Shown one piece after another: positions 44,481 to 59,408 of a DNA stretch of 64,000 nt. Within the stretch, counting starts at the first letter, position 1. Each line of letters opens with the position of its first letter. Origin of the DNA: Eledone cirrhosa (taxonomy: Eukaryota); the NCBI GenBank assembly GCA_964016885.1, contig OZ024755.1, forward strand, positions 8,494,001 to 8,558,000. The letters are read 5' to 3'. Under the pieces are notes generated by a model, which was not told the origin of the DNA, made no database searches, and worked only from the letters and a program-made list of their open reading frames with translations. A program made the translations under genes and the position numbers.

Positions 44481-45403
44481 GAAAGAGATGTAAATCAACT
44501 ATAACAATGGTAGTTATATTTGAAATGCAAAGGAACACAAAATGAAATATAACAATAGTTGATATTAATATGTTCAAATTTATAATTAAATTAATTCCGT
44601 TACAAGTATTACATGAAACATAATATTACCTCAGTCTTAATTAGAAGATATTGATATATTAAAGTGGTTAACGGCCACAGGAAATCGAAATGAAAATCAG
44701 ACAGTATATTAAATTAGTCGGAAATACTTCCGAACGTTATTTTGTTAATAGCTTAGCGACAGATTGAAAGCGGGTAACACCCATTATCTTTCAAAAATGT
44801 CTAAGACATAAGGAAATTATGACGAACCTTCAAGCCAGTGGCTTGATCTGAATACCTTGAATAAAAGTAGGAGTCGTTAAAGTAACCTAAGGGCTAGGTG
44901 GTGACGATAAACCAGTCTAGGGATTTTGTGTCTCGCCCAGAAATGTTTCATTTAATACGTCTAGACAGCTGACTATACATGTTTCAGAGTCATTTTTGTT
45001 GTTTAATTCCAAGTCATCTCCGTTGAATCAGACATAAATAGACTATTCAGTTGTTCCCATTCTATTTAATTTCCAGAAAATGTTTAGATATACTAATATG
45101 TATGCCTAATATATTTCTTCTTTAGTTACCATATTTATAATGAAAGACAACTTATCATAATCAAGAATTTTGGAGATTTAATATATCTAATAATTTGAAG
45201 TAAGGCTTTTAGATAAATATAATTTTAGTATTATTGCTACTAGTAATAATATTGTTAGTAGCAGTAGTAGTAGTAGTAGTAGTATTACTACTAGTAATAA
45301 TAGAAGTCTTAGTGTGTTACTATCAGAAATATACTAGCACCGTCATCAGTAGTAGTTGTAGTAGTAGTGAGTTTGTAACAGTAGTGTATTAGTATCATCA
45401 TTT

Positions 45404-45437
<34 letters not shown>

Positions 45438-47825
45438 CAGGATTAGTAGTAGTATTGGCAGCAGTAGCTATATATGATAGAAAGGTTCTGAATGAAGGGT
45501 GATTCATACACAGCGCAATGAATGAATGATTAAGAAGGAACGTCGCTGGAAAGCAAAATATTTGTTCATTTCGAATATAAAACAACAACAATACTAAATA
45601 AACGAAAAAAAAATGATAATAATCATTTTAAATGGTTACAAAAAGCCGGAACATGAGAGGGGGCCAGTTAAACAAAGAACTGATGCAACGCTAATCAGAA
45701 TGGAACCACCCTAAAATAGGATCTGCTAATTATAAATTTATATTAAAAGAAGGTGAGTAGAGTCTAAATCGAACGTCTATTATTCCTATAGACCGTCAAT
45801 ACAATTAATTTATAATATCGCAGCTCTTCTTCAAACCTCATTATACTCTAGTTCTATTAATATCGAATAATATAGCTTTTGTTTCGATTAGACTCATCTA
45901 ACCTGTATTTTAGAGATTGGGGTGGAGGTTGGGTGGGATGAGATTGAAGTATTTCCAAAGAAATAATATAAAATAAAATAAAACAAATAAAAATATTAGG
46001 CCCTTGGCTTCGAACAGATAAGAATGTTTTTTTTTTCTGTTTCTTTTCTTTTTTCTTTTTTCTTTTTTTTTCTTTAGTTTTGCTCAGTCACTAAACCGGC
46101 TTGAAATAACAGCCAAATCTCCATCGAAACCCAGGCAGCTGAATCAAGATTTTCAATGTCCTTGTTGTAAAATGGAAACGGATATTTCTTTCTTTTCTTC
46201 TTTTTTTTCATTCTTTTTCTTTCATTATTTTACCTTTCATTCTTTTACCTTTCATGCTTTCTTTCATTTTCTCCGCGCCTGCCTTCCTCCACTCATCTCT
46301 TTCTGTTCACACTGAAATATCCAAGGTCTTTTGAGCTGGATGTGTTGGATGATAGAGCAAGCAAAACAGTGTGACTTCATAATCTGTTTGACTTCTACAC
46401 ATTCAGGGGTGGTTTAGCTAGTCCTGTAGCCACCCAGCACCCTATCTATACAAAGTGTCAGTCAAGTTACAGTTTGTTACTCTTTATATGGCTGAGAATT
46501 TTGTTAAAGGTACGAGTCTGTGGAAATGCTTAGTCAACCTACACGTTAATTTCACAAACAGGGTGTTTTGTTGACTACTCATCGTCGAAACCGATGAAGG
46601 TCCATTCCTTTTCTTAATTCTAAACAGCTCAAGATATTCCTACATTGCTTTATTTAAAAACAACTATCTAAAAAAGTCACGAAAGAAAAACCTTGACTGA
46701 TCAGATTATAAAAAAAATAGGAAGAGCGATGATGAGATATGTTACATGTGTATCAGTTAAATATTATACTACCTATCGCTGCCGTATTTCACATTCTAAC
46801 GTTGCGTGTCAGCAAATAAGTGGGGAGACTAATTGGATAACGTAGTTTTGGATCTCAGCTGCCATTTTAAAGGAAATTAGAGGGGTGATCACGTAAAGTA
46901 AATTCTTAACATGGTAAGTAAAATGAAAGGATGTCAATAAGGTTTTGAAACAGCATGCCAGACCAAACTTTAATTGTATCTCTTCGTGCTGTCTGCGATA
47001 AACGTTACCGTTATGTGCGTGTTACCATAATTTACAGCGTAATAAGATTGTATGGTCTTGATACCTTTGCTAAACCTATTTTTCAAGTGAATAGTTAGAA
47101 TGACTGCCACGTTATATACAACAAACATTCTCGGATCAAGTCAATTGCTAAATAAGTACAATTCCTAAAGATACACCATGTTTTTTAACTAAATTTACCT
47201 GCAATTTCTAGCAGATCTAGCAACAACAAACAACCTCAACCGTTTCCCCATTGTTTATATATCTAATTTATATATATATCAATTATATATATCAATTACC
47301 ATCAAACTCTCACCCTCTCTATAACTACTACAGGGAACCCTCTTCCAATATCCCTCTCTATATCAATTAAAACCAAACTCTCACCCTCTCTATATATGCT
47401 ATACGGAAGTCTCTTCTAATCCCCCTCTCTGTGACTGTGTCTCACAGCTAGAGCAGCCCTCTATCGAGAGAGAGAGAGTGACCGTTTTTGCTCGCAGCAA
47501 CTTAGGCGGCTAAAACCTTTAACCAAACCAAGCTACATACTACCAAATTATAATCAATTACGAAAGACGGTCGTCGTTATCGTAATAGTATTCATTTTTA
47601 TATCTCAACAGATTCCTTTTAAATATCACGAAGATTGTGTAAAGAAAATATGCTAATGGAGATGTTATGAGTGATGTATGTATGTATATGTTTATGTTTG
47701 TACTGCGTGTGTGTGTATTGTACTTAATATATGTATGCGTTATGTGTTTGAGAGTATGTGTGTAGTGTAATTGCTGTTTGTGCGCGTTTGTGTGTGCATG
47801 TGTTTGCAAGCGTGGGTCTAACTGG

Positions 47826-47861
<36 letters not shown>

Positions 47862-47867
<6 letters not shown>

Positions 47868-48056
47868 AAATGTTTAACCCCGACGGCAGAGCTCAAGCCG
47901 TTTCGACGGTTATTTCTGTGCCCAGAAATAGCCGTCGAAACAGCTTGAGCTCTGCCGTCGGGGTTAAACATTTTCCTATTACCCACTCTACTACCCTAAG
48001 TATTGAGTACTCCGGTGCGTTATGGTCCATCTGGTTCCTTACCACACCTCCTTCGT

Positions 48057-48058
<2 letters not shown>
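47862..48058 (+). mobile_element. Fold-back element, family B copy 2
   Basis: 57-bp arms 47862-47918 / 47923-47979; tail to 48058. Confidence 0.88.
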
Positions 48059-48106
<48 letters not shown>

Positions 48107-48113
<7 letters not shown>

Positions 48114-48458
48114 AAAAAAGATGAAATTGTAAATGCAACTGGAGTCTTTTTTTTTTTTAAATATATATTTATTTCGTTCCTTTACCGGTTTCGCAGTTAT
48201 TCTGCTTTTCAAAAGTAGAATTGAGATGGAGGGTCTGTGATTTTTCACATCTGTGATGTGAGAAAAACCACAGACCCTCCATCTCAACTCTACTTTTGAA
48301 AAGCAGAAGAACTGCGAAACCAGTAAATGAACCAAATAAATATATATTTTTTTAAAAATAAAACTCCAGTTGCATTTTCGATTTCATCTTTTTTCCTTAT
48401 ACTTTCACTCGTGTAGGACACCTTGGTTATTATCCATTTTGTAAAACAACCTCACTTT

Positions 48459-48462
<4 letters not shown>
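48107..48462 (+). mobile_element. Fold-back element, family C copy 1
   Basis: ~145-bp arms 48107-48251 / 48255-48401, 3-nt loop, tail to 48462, TA flanks. Confidence 0.85.
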
Positions 48463-48500
<38 letters not shown>

Positions 48501-48651
48501 GCGTCTGAGTGTGTTGTAGTTTATCTATGTACGACACTAGTTGTGTGTGTTTAGGAACCTCTACCTGTCGCTCTGTACGTGTGACAAATTATGTGATGTT
48601 GTATGACAGGACCTTTTGGTCTTATGTTGTGTTCTTGTAAATATTGCTCTT

Positions 48652-48702
<51 letters not shown>

Positions 48703-49297
48703 ATGGTAGTAGTAGTAGTAGTAGATGATGTTGGTAGTATTTTTTTTATCTTTTGTTAAAATAATCTGTTGCTATAGCAACCACTGTATGAGATGCGACT
48801 GCAATGTGAAGACGCTGAGATGATTTCTTCAATGATATAGATTGTTGTTGTTGTTCTTGTGTTGGTGGTTGTGATGTAGGTGGTGGTGGTAGTGGCGGTG
48901 GTGATGGTGGTTGTGATGTTGGTGGTGGCGGTGGCGGTGATGGTAGTGATGGTGGTTGTGATGTTGGTGTGGTGGGGGTGGTTGCGGTGATGGTGGTTGT
49001 GATGTTGGTGGTGGTGGAGGCGGTAGTGATGGTGGTTGTGGTGGTGGTGGTGGTGGTGGTGATGGTGGTTGTGATGTTGGTGGTTGTGATGTTGGTGGTG
49101 GTGGTGATGGTGATGTTGGTGGTAGTGGTGATGGCGGTGATGGTGATGGTGGTGGTGGTGGTGGTGGTGGTGATGGTGGTAGTGATGTTGGTAGTTGTGA
49201 TGTTGGTGGTGGTGGTGATGGTGGTTGTGATGTTGGTGGTAGTGGTGATGGCGGTGATGGTGATGGTGGTGGTAGTGGCGATGTTGGTTGTTATGGC
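48652..49297. repeat. (GTA)n and complex (GGT/GAT/GTT)n repeats
   Basis: Read directly. Confidence 0.9.
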
Positions 49298-49332
49298 GAT
49301 TATATGCTTTTTTAAGATTGTGATAAAGTGCA

Positions 49333-49510
49333 GTGGATTGACAGTATCGGTAGAGCGCCGGACACCATGATTCATGGCATCAAGTTAAGCCTCTTTACGT
49401 TCTGATCCGGCTAAGGTTAACTTTGCCTTTGATCTTTACAGGGGTCGATAAAATAAGTACCAGTAACGCACTGGGGTCGATTTTATTGACATTCCCCTCC
49501 CACCAAATTT
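49333..49510 (+). mobile_element. Older S1-related SINE
   Basis: gtggattgacagtatcggtaga...ggggtcgataaaataagtaccagt. Confidence 0.8.
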
Positions 49511-49716
49511 CTAAGAAGATGTTTATTATGACTGTGATGGTGATGGTGATGATGTCGATTTGATGATATTAGCAGTCATACAATAACAACAACAACAGGA
49601 TTGCAATAACAATACTAGAAACAATGATAAAAGGTGTGGGGGGAAATAGAAGACGGGGGTGCCACAATAGCAACAATAACAGCTAAAACAACAGTTATTA
49701 TAATACAATAACAATA

Positions 49717-49903
49717 GGGTGGTGGATTGGCAGTATCGGTAGAAGGTCGGATGCTATGATTTGCAGTATAGAGTTCCGCCCCTTTACGGTCTGAGTTCAA
49801 ATCCCGCCGAGGTTAACTTTGCCTTTCATCCTTACGGGGTCGATAAAATAAAGTACCAGTAATGCACTGGTGATTTGCTGGCCTTGTGCCAAATGTAGAA
49901 ACA
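49717..49903 (+). mobile_element. SINE S1, full length
   Basis: TSD attataatacaataacaa at 49697-49714 and 49904-49921. Confidence 0.92.
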
Positions 49904-49964
49904 ATTATAATACAATAACAACAAAGACAGCAATAATTATAATGGTAGGAATAACAAACACAGC

Positions 49965-50337
49965 TACGAATACTACTACTATTACTACTTCTACCAACAC
50001 TGTCACCACCACTACTACTACTGCCAACACCACCACTCCTACTACCACTACTACTACTGCTGCTGCTATTACTACTGCTACCACTACAACTACCTCCAGT
50101 ATTACTACTTCAGCCAACTTTACCACCACTACTACTACTACTGCTACCACCATCATCACCACCGCTACCCACTACTACCACCAATAATACCACCAAGACT
50201 ACCACCACCACAACCACTACTACTACTACTATTAGTTGTTAAATGAAAACAAACCAACATTACCACCACTACTACTACTACCACCATCATCATCACCGCT
50301 ACCCACTACTACCACCACTAATACCACCAAGACTACC

Positions 50338-50392
<55 letters not shown>

Positions 50393-50417
50393 TTAGTTGT
50401 TAAATGAAAACAAACCA
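49965..50417. repeat. (ACT/ACC)n repeat containing a ~140-160-bp tandem duplication
   Basis: Both halves end attagttgttaaatgaaaacaaacca. Confidence 0.9.
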
Positions 50418-50758
50418 TGTCCCTCTCTATGCTTTCATCAAACCATACAAACTGAACTTGAAAGATTTCAATAAAACATCAGTTTGCGGGTTTCATTGTA
50501 GGTTTGGTGTTGGTGGGTTTATTACTGGTTGTAATGGGAGTTGTTACGGGTGGGGTGGTGAGGTGTTTCTTAGAAGCGCAGGTAGTGTTGGGGGGGGGGG
50601 CGTAATGGATGAGGTTCGGTAGTGAGGGTAGGTGAGTGGTGGAGGTGTGATTGGTGTAGGAAAATAGAAGAAATTATTTATTTCATACGAAAAACATATA
50701 TACTTTGATAGCGAGTCTATCGTTATGCTTATTATGTTTATATGTTTTCATATACACA

Positions 50759-50920
<162 letters not shown>

Positions 50921-50926
50921 AGAGAG

Positions 50927-51233
50927 AGGATGGCTCTGAACATTAATCTGTATATACTGAGGATGAAGAACTCAGAGCTGTACGGGAGCCTCTCAAAAGT
51001 TAGCTCTAAAGTAGCACAGAGGAGACTGAGGTAAGCTGGACATGCTCACCGACATCCAGAGTTAACACTCTCACTCAGTGCTCCTGTGAGAGACCCTGCA
51101 CGGACACACTAGAAGAGGGAGACCGAGGCTGACATGTGTTGACGCCCTAAGGACATGGCAGCTATGATGAAGGACAGAAACCGCTGGAGAGGTATCGTCC
51201 ATGGATCTCTGGAATTTTACCTGCTTTGTATAA
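50927..51233 (+). pseudogene. Decayed C-terminal ORF fragment of an RTE-type LINE
   Basis: RMALNI...NSELYGSLSKVSSKVAQRRLR*AGHAHRHPEL / [22 protein letters not shown] / [10 protein letters not shown]: typical RTE C-terminal motifs, with stops and frameshifts. Confidence 0.85.
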
Positions 51234-51305
51234 ATATATATATAAAGTGTGTATATATATAAATATATAAATATATATATATAATGTGTGTATGTATATA
51301 TATAT

Positions 51306-51336
<31 letters not shown>

Positions 51337-51478
51337 AATATATATATATAAATAGATATAAATATATATATATATATAAATATATATATATAAATAGATA
51401 TAAATATATATATATATATAAATATATATATATAAATAGATATAAATATATATATATATATATATAATGTGTGTATGT

Positions 51479-51533
<55 letters not shown>

Positions 51534-51545
51534 ATGTGTGTATGT

Positions 51546-51598
<53 letters not shown>

Positions 51599-51653
51599 AT
51601 GTGTGTATGTACATATATATATATATATAAATATATATAATGTGTGTATGTAC

Positions 51654-51688
<35 letters not shown>

Positions 51689-51751
51689 ATGTGTGTATGT
51701 ACATATATATATAAATATATATAAATATATATATATACTATGTGTGTATGT

Positions 51752-51783
<32 letters not shown>
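51234..51783. repeat. Compound TA microsatellite
   Basis: Read directly. Confidence 0.95.
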
Positions 51784-52039
51784 CAAGCGCCACCACAGAG
51801 CAACAACCTCTCAAATCTTGAAACAGCTGTGTCTGACATTATTAAAACGCACTGGCAAATATATGATATATTCACAGAGGTAAATAGAGAAGAGTTTTTC
51901 TCATTTTTGTTAGGAAAAAATTTTTCTTTGATAGCTAGGCTACCCGTATGTTTATTGTATATAACCGTAAATGTTCATATATATATTTTTTCATATAGAC
52001 CTCAACCATGCTTAAAAACTGTCTTATTGCTATGCCAGT

Positions 52040-52047
52040 TATGTATG

Positions 52048-52081
<34 letters not shown>

Positions 52082-52255
52082 TGTATGCATGTATGCATGC
52101 ATGCATGTATGCATGTATGCATGCATGTATGCATGTATGCATGTATGCATGCATGCATGTGTATGTGTGTGTGTATGTATATATCTATGTATGTGTGTAT
52201 GTATGTATGTAGGTATGTATGTGTGTATGTATGTATGCGTGCATGTGTGCGTGTG
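52040..52255. repeat. (ATGT/ATGC)n tetranucleotide repeat
   Basis: Read directly. Confidence 0.9.
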
Positions 52256-52448
52256 TCTAAACATAAATATACACAAACACACATATAAATATATATATAT
52301 ATATGGAGAGAGAGGGGGGAGAGAGATTTGTTTATGTGACGGAGCATGGCACAGCGAGTCGTGTGCTCATCTCAATCATAAGGTCAGCATTTCTATTCCC
52401 TACGGTAAGCTGTGTTCTTGATCAACACACTTGTCCTGTTTTTCCAGT

Positions 52449-52485
<37 letters not shown>

Positions 52486-55254
52486 GAGAGGGAGAGAGCT
52501 AAGACAGGAATCACACCACCACACATTCAGAGACATACAGAGAAACATATACGTTAAGTGTTCACACTTAAATGTATTTCAAGTCTCGCAGACTAAAGAG
52601 CATTTCAGAATATTTACGAGACATCTGAAAGGTATTGTTGTATCAATGTACTTTATCATAGAGATCACGTCATGAAGCAATAAAAATATTTCTTCATTAA
52701 TTCGTTAAAGAATTTAATGTTTTCTCCCATTTCCACGTTTCTATATATTATATTTTATTATTATTATGGTTGTCTTCTATTTTTTGTTTGTTTTCTTAGT
52801 ATTTGGCAAAAGGAACATTGGTATTATTTCAATACTAATGCAAATCTACATTCTGCTAATTTTGCTACTACTACTGTTTCTGCTTCTACTACTACCACTG
52901 ATACGCTGATTCTGAAAGTGAGAATGGTTGTGTCTTGGCAACAGTACTCTTGTGACTAGGTATTGCTACTGACTCCGCTCTTTCTTGACGTATTTCTAAT
53001 GGAAAACACCGTCTATGGTTGTCAAATAATTTAGAAAAATAATCAAGAATTTGGAGGGCTTTAAAAATATAACTAACTTTCTTATATGAGAGTGTTGTAG
53101 TTTGCTTGAAGCAGTGAGTATTAAGTATAAAAATGTCTGTAATACGAAGGCTGCGACAATGCGAAAAGTGTTGCGTGATTTAAGATAAAATTCGGCCACA
53201 AACTTGTTCTGTTTTACCTCTTTATTCAAATACTACCTCTTTATTCAAATACTACCTTAATTTTCGAGATAACATTTCCTCATAACTTTTTTTATGATTA
53301 AAACAATTATTTGGTACGTATCAACAGTTCTTATATGAATCTAAGTCGGACGTTTTAGATAAATGTAAACACTAGAAGATAAGCTTCTTTGTTTCATAGA
53401 ACTGGGGGCAGTTTTAAGATGGAAATGCTGTTTGGAATATGACGAAACCAATGTGGCACAGTACCAGTAATTAAATAGAGCCATCTTGTTACTTACTTTG
53501 TCATGGTGAATCTTCCTCGGAATTATTGTAAGAGTATGTGTCCGTGGTATGCTCCATCACTTGCATGTTAACTTCGTGTGCAGTCTCTTTCGTTGATCAA
53601 ACAACTGGGACTCTTATCGCCGAAATCGACGGAGGCATATTTCATTCTCAAACCTATAACACAAGTGCGAGAAAACAGAGAAGTGATTCATTTAGGCATT
53701 TCCAAAATTGAAGGGGGTTTACTTGTCATATCACAATATTAGTTAATTTCAGGAGTAGACCCTTCCGTTGGTCGAACAACTGAAACATTCGTCGTTCGAA
53801 CAGACGGAGGCCCAGCACTTTTATTATTGTTTGCGTTCTCATCATTGTTGTTGTAGTGGTAGTTGTTGTTTAGTGTAAATCGGTAGAGATCGGAAGTTGT
53901 TGCTCTACTGCATCTTGTGCAATAATACTTTATGTTACGTTCCAAATCAGTTCGGTCGACCTTTTCTTTCATCTCTCTGGGGCCGGTCGATATAGTAATT
54001 GCCATTCAGATATCGATTTGCGATCGATTCCTGAAAGGCAGGGGCAGTATAAAACCCGTCTTCTCCAACTACTGGTCATGTGCTTCATCAAGAAATGTTT
54101 ACCACACATATCACCCACAACTATCACCCTCATCCACCACTACTACCACAGCTACCAGACCATTATTATCTCCCCCACTACTAACGCCATCACAACTAGC
54201 ACCCCCGCCGTTATCACTCTCACCATCACAACTGTCTCACCCACCATCACCCCCACCGATATCACTCTCACCATCACACCATCTCACCCACCATCACCAA
54301 CACCGATATCTCACCATCACAGCCGTCTCAACCACAACCACCTACATCTCTCCCATCCTAACATTATCTCCCACCACCAACATTATCTCTCCAACCAAAA
54401 ACCATCATTTTCACGTTATTATTATTCTGGCATTGGGGTTTTAGTGGTGGCGATGGTGGTGAGGGTGACGACGGTGATAACGAAAGGAAATCATAATAAA
54501 GAACTGTTTATATTAAAATGTTTATATTTATATTTTTAAAAAAAATCTCTCGATAGTCTTTAAGTTATGCTCCAAGCACAAGTTTGATAATGAAGGCGTT
54601 ATATATTTCTAAGTCAATCCAAATACTTGATTATTTTCAAAATTATATGAAAAATATAACTGTGCCTTCCACTCGAAATCTGGAAAGGAAAGGGTCAAGT
54701 GGGATAGTTATAACTTCCCTATTATATAATGCTCGAATATTTGTTGCTAGCAACACATCTCTCCTCACATAATCATGGATACCTGTGTTTACGATGTGAT
54801 TACGACACTTAAAGTCATCAGTCTGCCACAAATCAACCTCTATTCATTCCTTAGATTTTATGAATTGACAAATCCATCTTCATACAACAGCTCTTTTAAT
54901 AGCAATGACTGACATTATTATCAGTAATTTTCACTGCTATCACATTCTTTTTTTTTCTGTATTCTTTTTATACTGGCTATTGTGGCTATGATGTTGTTTT
55001 TTTTCTTATTCTTGTCCGTGTTGTTTTTGCTGTCAAATCTCTTACAGAAACCGTTCTGTGGTTTAATGTATCTCAGAGATGACGAGACGAATGACAACGG
55101 TAATGGAAAATGGTTCTTGCGAAAGATCAGTAGTATCGATTGAGATAAAAATGTCAATACAAACGGCGACAATATTAATAACTATAATGATGATTTCTAA
55201 TTTAGACACAAAGCCAGAAATGTGTATTATTTATTGATTTATTTATTTATTATT

Positions 55255-55395
55255 ATTCAAATTCCGTCGTGGCTAGCTTTGTCTTTCGTCCTTACGAGGT
55301 CGATAAATAACGCACCAGTAATGCATTGCGGTTGATTTAATCGGCTTTCCCTTTCCACAGAAAAAAATTGCTGGCCTTGTGTTTATAGTATAAAT
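55255..55395 (+). mobile_element. Older S1-related SINE
   Basis: ttcaaattccgtcgtgg...gtcgataaataa...attgctggccttgtg. Confidence 0.75.
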
Positions 55396-55689
55396 CGTAA
55401 AAGCTCGACAAAATGGGATCGATTTAGTCGTTTATATCCCTTCAAGGCAGTGCCCCAGCATGACAACAGTCTAATAACTGATAGCTGTAAAAATGATTAA
55501 AAAAAAAAAGAAATACTTCCTAGATTTCTCTCTTCCATCTTACCTCAGACATTCTACTGTATGAAACATCAACATTTATCAATTCGTCAATACATGATCC
55601 AACAGAAATTCCAGCTTTCACTGCATATTAACGCTCTTCCATCATGATTAAATGATTTTGATTCATTGACTCTTTTTTTCTTCCTTGTA

Positions 55690-55945
55690 ATCCTTTCATT
55701 CTTTAGCTTGAGGCCATGCTGGGCCAATGCTTTAAAGAGATTTAATAAATCATATCGACCCCAGTACTTATTTTTCAAGTCAGGTATCTATTTTATCGAT
55801 CAATATTTATTGAACCGCTAATAAGAAAAAGCACGGACACACACGCGCACCCACTCGACAATTTTCTGCACTTAACATCTACCAAACTCCATGCATATGT
55901 CCTTAGTCCACCTGAGACTCTAGTAGAAGGTACCTGCCCAAGTTT
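55690..55945 (-). mobile_element. Old SINE remnant
   Basis: ggccatgctggg...atcgaccccagtactta...ttttatcgat...tagtagaaggtacctgcccaag. Confidence 0.55.
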
Positions 55946-58012
55946 CCTATATAATACTTCATAGGTATCTACCTTTTAACTTCAGACATACAGATTTAGG
56001 AAATAGTAACATTTACTCACTGAAATTCCAGCTTTCAATACTACATCTATGACTGGATGTTTATGGCAGATCCTTAAAAACGTCATGGAAACAAACCTCT
56101 CCCCATTGACTAAAAAGAGTAAAAGGCCCTTAACTTCTGACACATGACGTGTATTGGATAGATTTTAAATCAGGTGGAGCCTATCACTCTCTAGGACGTA
56201 ACACAACTGATGTTTTTCTGAGAAAGAAAGTTGGACTAAATGATAGTGATACAAGGGGGATCATGGGATTTGATCCAGCACCATAATGATTCAGTTTAGC
56301 AGCCCTCTTCATTATTCACTAAATATAAAAACGACACCAACAACAAAAGACAAAATCTAAATCAGTGCAAACCACAAACTTTTGTTCGCGATAGTTGAGC
56401 AGTTACTTTTGTAGTTATGTTATTTTTAAAGATATTTTTTACTGCAGTTTTTTGTTCCTTTCATTAGAGTGAGATAACTTTAGAGATTGCTTAACAGATA
56501 GAGAAGGTGAAGACGGTTCATTATATAATGTGACTATCTTCATGCTTCTCTTTGAAGAATATAACATCTCCAGCCATCTGTTATGGCTGGAATTGTTCAA
56601 TTATGCCCGTCATAATTTTATAATAAATTAGCGGATACTCAGTCAATAAATTTATTTTCCTTTATAAGCAGACGTCTTCCTTTAAACTTTGATCCCAAAA
56701 AATAAATACGTTAGAACTATTTTATTAATACTTAAGAATAACACATTAAGTAGATAAATAAGATATAAGAAATAATGTGTTTATTATGAGCATTTTTAAC
56801 CTGGAAACGATGCACAAAAATTCATATATTATATACGTATATACCTCTATGTGTTTGTGTTCGTTTGTACGCGTGTGTACGCGGGTTGTGATAGAGGATG
56901 TACGTATATTATTCTGAGTTTGAATATATATAATGTTATGTTTCAGTTAGTGTTAATTTATCTGACGAATGGATTATTAAAAAGCTAACTAAAAGAGTTA
57001 CTTGGATGCTTAAGAAGAAACAATATTACTCAATGAAAAATATCAATATCATTTGTCTTGTAGGAATAGGAGGCGTCTGGTTATGTTTTTGTCATAGTAT
57101 GATCTTATCAGTGAAACTGACTTTATAAATGTTCTATTTGGCGTCTCTGCAGTAGTGAGCTACACCAACAACGACCGTACCAATTTATTTGTGCCCCCCA
57201 GCTGGGCTTTTGGTGTTGGTTACAATTTATGAATTTAATATATGTATGTATAACTTTTCAATTCCAATTACTTGCGCCAAGGTAACTCGATGTATACATT
57301 TTTTTTTTTGGGGGGGGGGGTTACTGCGTACTCTAATTATTTGTGGATGAGGGACCCTCCCCCTCCCATTTCTAAGTGGAACCCTGGTTGTGATCATATC
57401 ACAGTTACTTCGGTACCTTTTCGTGGCCACTATTTACACGTATTTCAGGATTAATATCCAATAAAATCCTGGTAGATTTTGTTTCTGTTGTATATGATGT
57501 GAGTAGGAAGATGTCATCCTTTCGTGGTATACTTTCTCCCAAAGACAATCACGTCCACGTTATTGTCGCGAAAGAACGTATTACCAACGCTTCCCTAAGG
57601 GTACATCACATGCCATGATGATGATGATGGTGATGACGACGATAATGGAGATGATGGTGACGGTGAGAATGGTAACTGCGATGATAATGATTCCACCAAC
57701 AAGATGGCTATGATGACAATGAGGAGGATAATGCTGAGAACGGTGAGCATGATATAAAGATGATGTTTTCTTAATCATAATAATAAAAACCAACAATAAT
57801 ATTATATTCACAAGAGAAGAAATTAGCCAAGTTAACATCATGTAGAAATCCATATAATTATCCTGAAGCAACAATTATTTATATTTCCCAGAACCGCCCT
57901 CAAGTCATACGTCTTACAGCGTAGATTATTTATACACGATGATAAACATGTGATAAATTTGATGTAAAAAAAAGATATTCAATATATTAGATTTAAATGT
58001 TTTTATGAGGTT

Positions 58013-58190
58013 TTATGGCATGGCTGTGCGGTTAAAGAGTTCTCTATGCAAATATGTGTTACAGGGTCCACTCACACAGCACGGCATCTTGGGTATGTGT
58101 CTCTACGAAAGCTTAGTGTTGCCCAGTATTTTGTGAGTGGAAATTGGTCGGCAAAAACCTCAGAAGTCCGTCGTATATATGTATACATCG
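58013..58190 (+). mobile_element. tRNA-derived SINE (family S2) whose 3' segment seeds the minisatellite
   Basis: ggcatggctgtgcggttaa A box; ttgtgagtggaaattggt...gaagtccgtcgtatatatgtat. Confidence 0.7.
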
Positions 58191-58908
58191 GCAAAAACCT
58201 CAGAAAACCGTCGTATATATGTATACATCGGCAGGGACCTCAGAAGTCCGTCGTATATATGTATACATCGGCAAAAACCTCAGAAAACCGTCGTATATAT
58301 GTATACATCGGCAGAGACCTCAGAAGTCCGTCGTATATATGTATACATCGGCAAAAACCTCAGAAAACCGTCGTATATATGTATACATCGGCAGACACCT
58401 CAGAAGATCGTCGTATATATGTATACATCGGCAGAGACCTCAAAAGTCCGTCGTATATATGTATACATCGGCAAAAACCTCAGAAAACCGTCGTATATAT
58501 GTACACATCGGCAGACACCTCAGAAGATCGTCGTATATATGTATACATCGGCAGAGACCTCAGAAGTCCGTCGTATATATGTATACATCGGCAAAAACCT
58601 CTGAAAACCGTCGTATATATGTATACATCGGCAGAGACCTCAGAAGTCCGTCGTATATATGTATACATCGGCAGGGACCTCAGAAGACCGTCGTATATAT
58701 GTATACATCGGCAGAGACCTCAGAAGTCCGTCGTATATATGTATACATCGGCAAAAACCTCAGAAAACCGTCGTATATATGTATACATCGGCAGGGACCT
58801 CAGAAGTCCGTCGTATATATGTATACATCGGCAAAAACCTCAGAAAACCGTCGTATATATGTATACATCGGCCAAGACCTCAGAAGTCCGTCGTATATAT
58901 GTATACAT
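58148..58908 (+). repeat. 40-bp minisatellite, 19 copies
   Basis: Unit tcggcaNNNacctcagaaNNNcgtcgtatatatgtataca, exact 40-bp period. Confidence 0.97.
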
Positions 58909-59267
58909 AAATGTATGTTTCCGTGTCTATATTTACGTTAGTGTCTTAAATATTCAACACAAAATAATATATAATTTACGAAATATAATGTACGAAAGGA
59001 ATGAGAACCACAGCACGGCCAGAGTCTAATGGCTGAAATCGGTAAAAGAATATATAAGCGTAGCAATGAATTCTTTCATTTGTTTTTTTTAATTAGTTTT
59101 ATAGTGTTTAGTAGTCTTTATCAATTCTAAATCCTAGTATTCAGTGCCAATATATAAACCACTTTTAATAGACTCTCAATATTTGAAGTCGTATTAAACG
59201 AAGATTTACTGTACAACATAGTGTATAAGCACCACACTGTTAAAAGCACACACACACAAACACGCAT

Positions 59268-59320
<53 letters not shown>

Positions 59321-59376
59321 TATATCTATATATAGAAATGCATATGTATAAATATAGAAATACATATGTAAAAATA

Positions 59377-59408
<32 letters not shown>

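Noticed and set aside
48746-50187. Poly-Thr and poly-Val ORFs
   Set aside because: Translations of trinucleotide repeats
58148-58908. CRISPR array or repetitive-protein CDS (327-aa ORF)
   Set aside because: Variable positions are a few recurring variants rather than unique spacers; no cas genes; eukaryotic context; a 40-bp period rotates the reading frame
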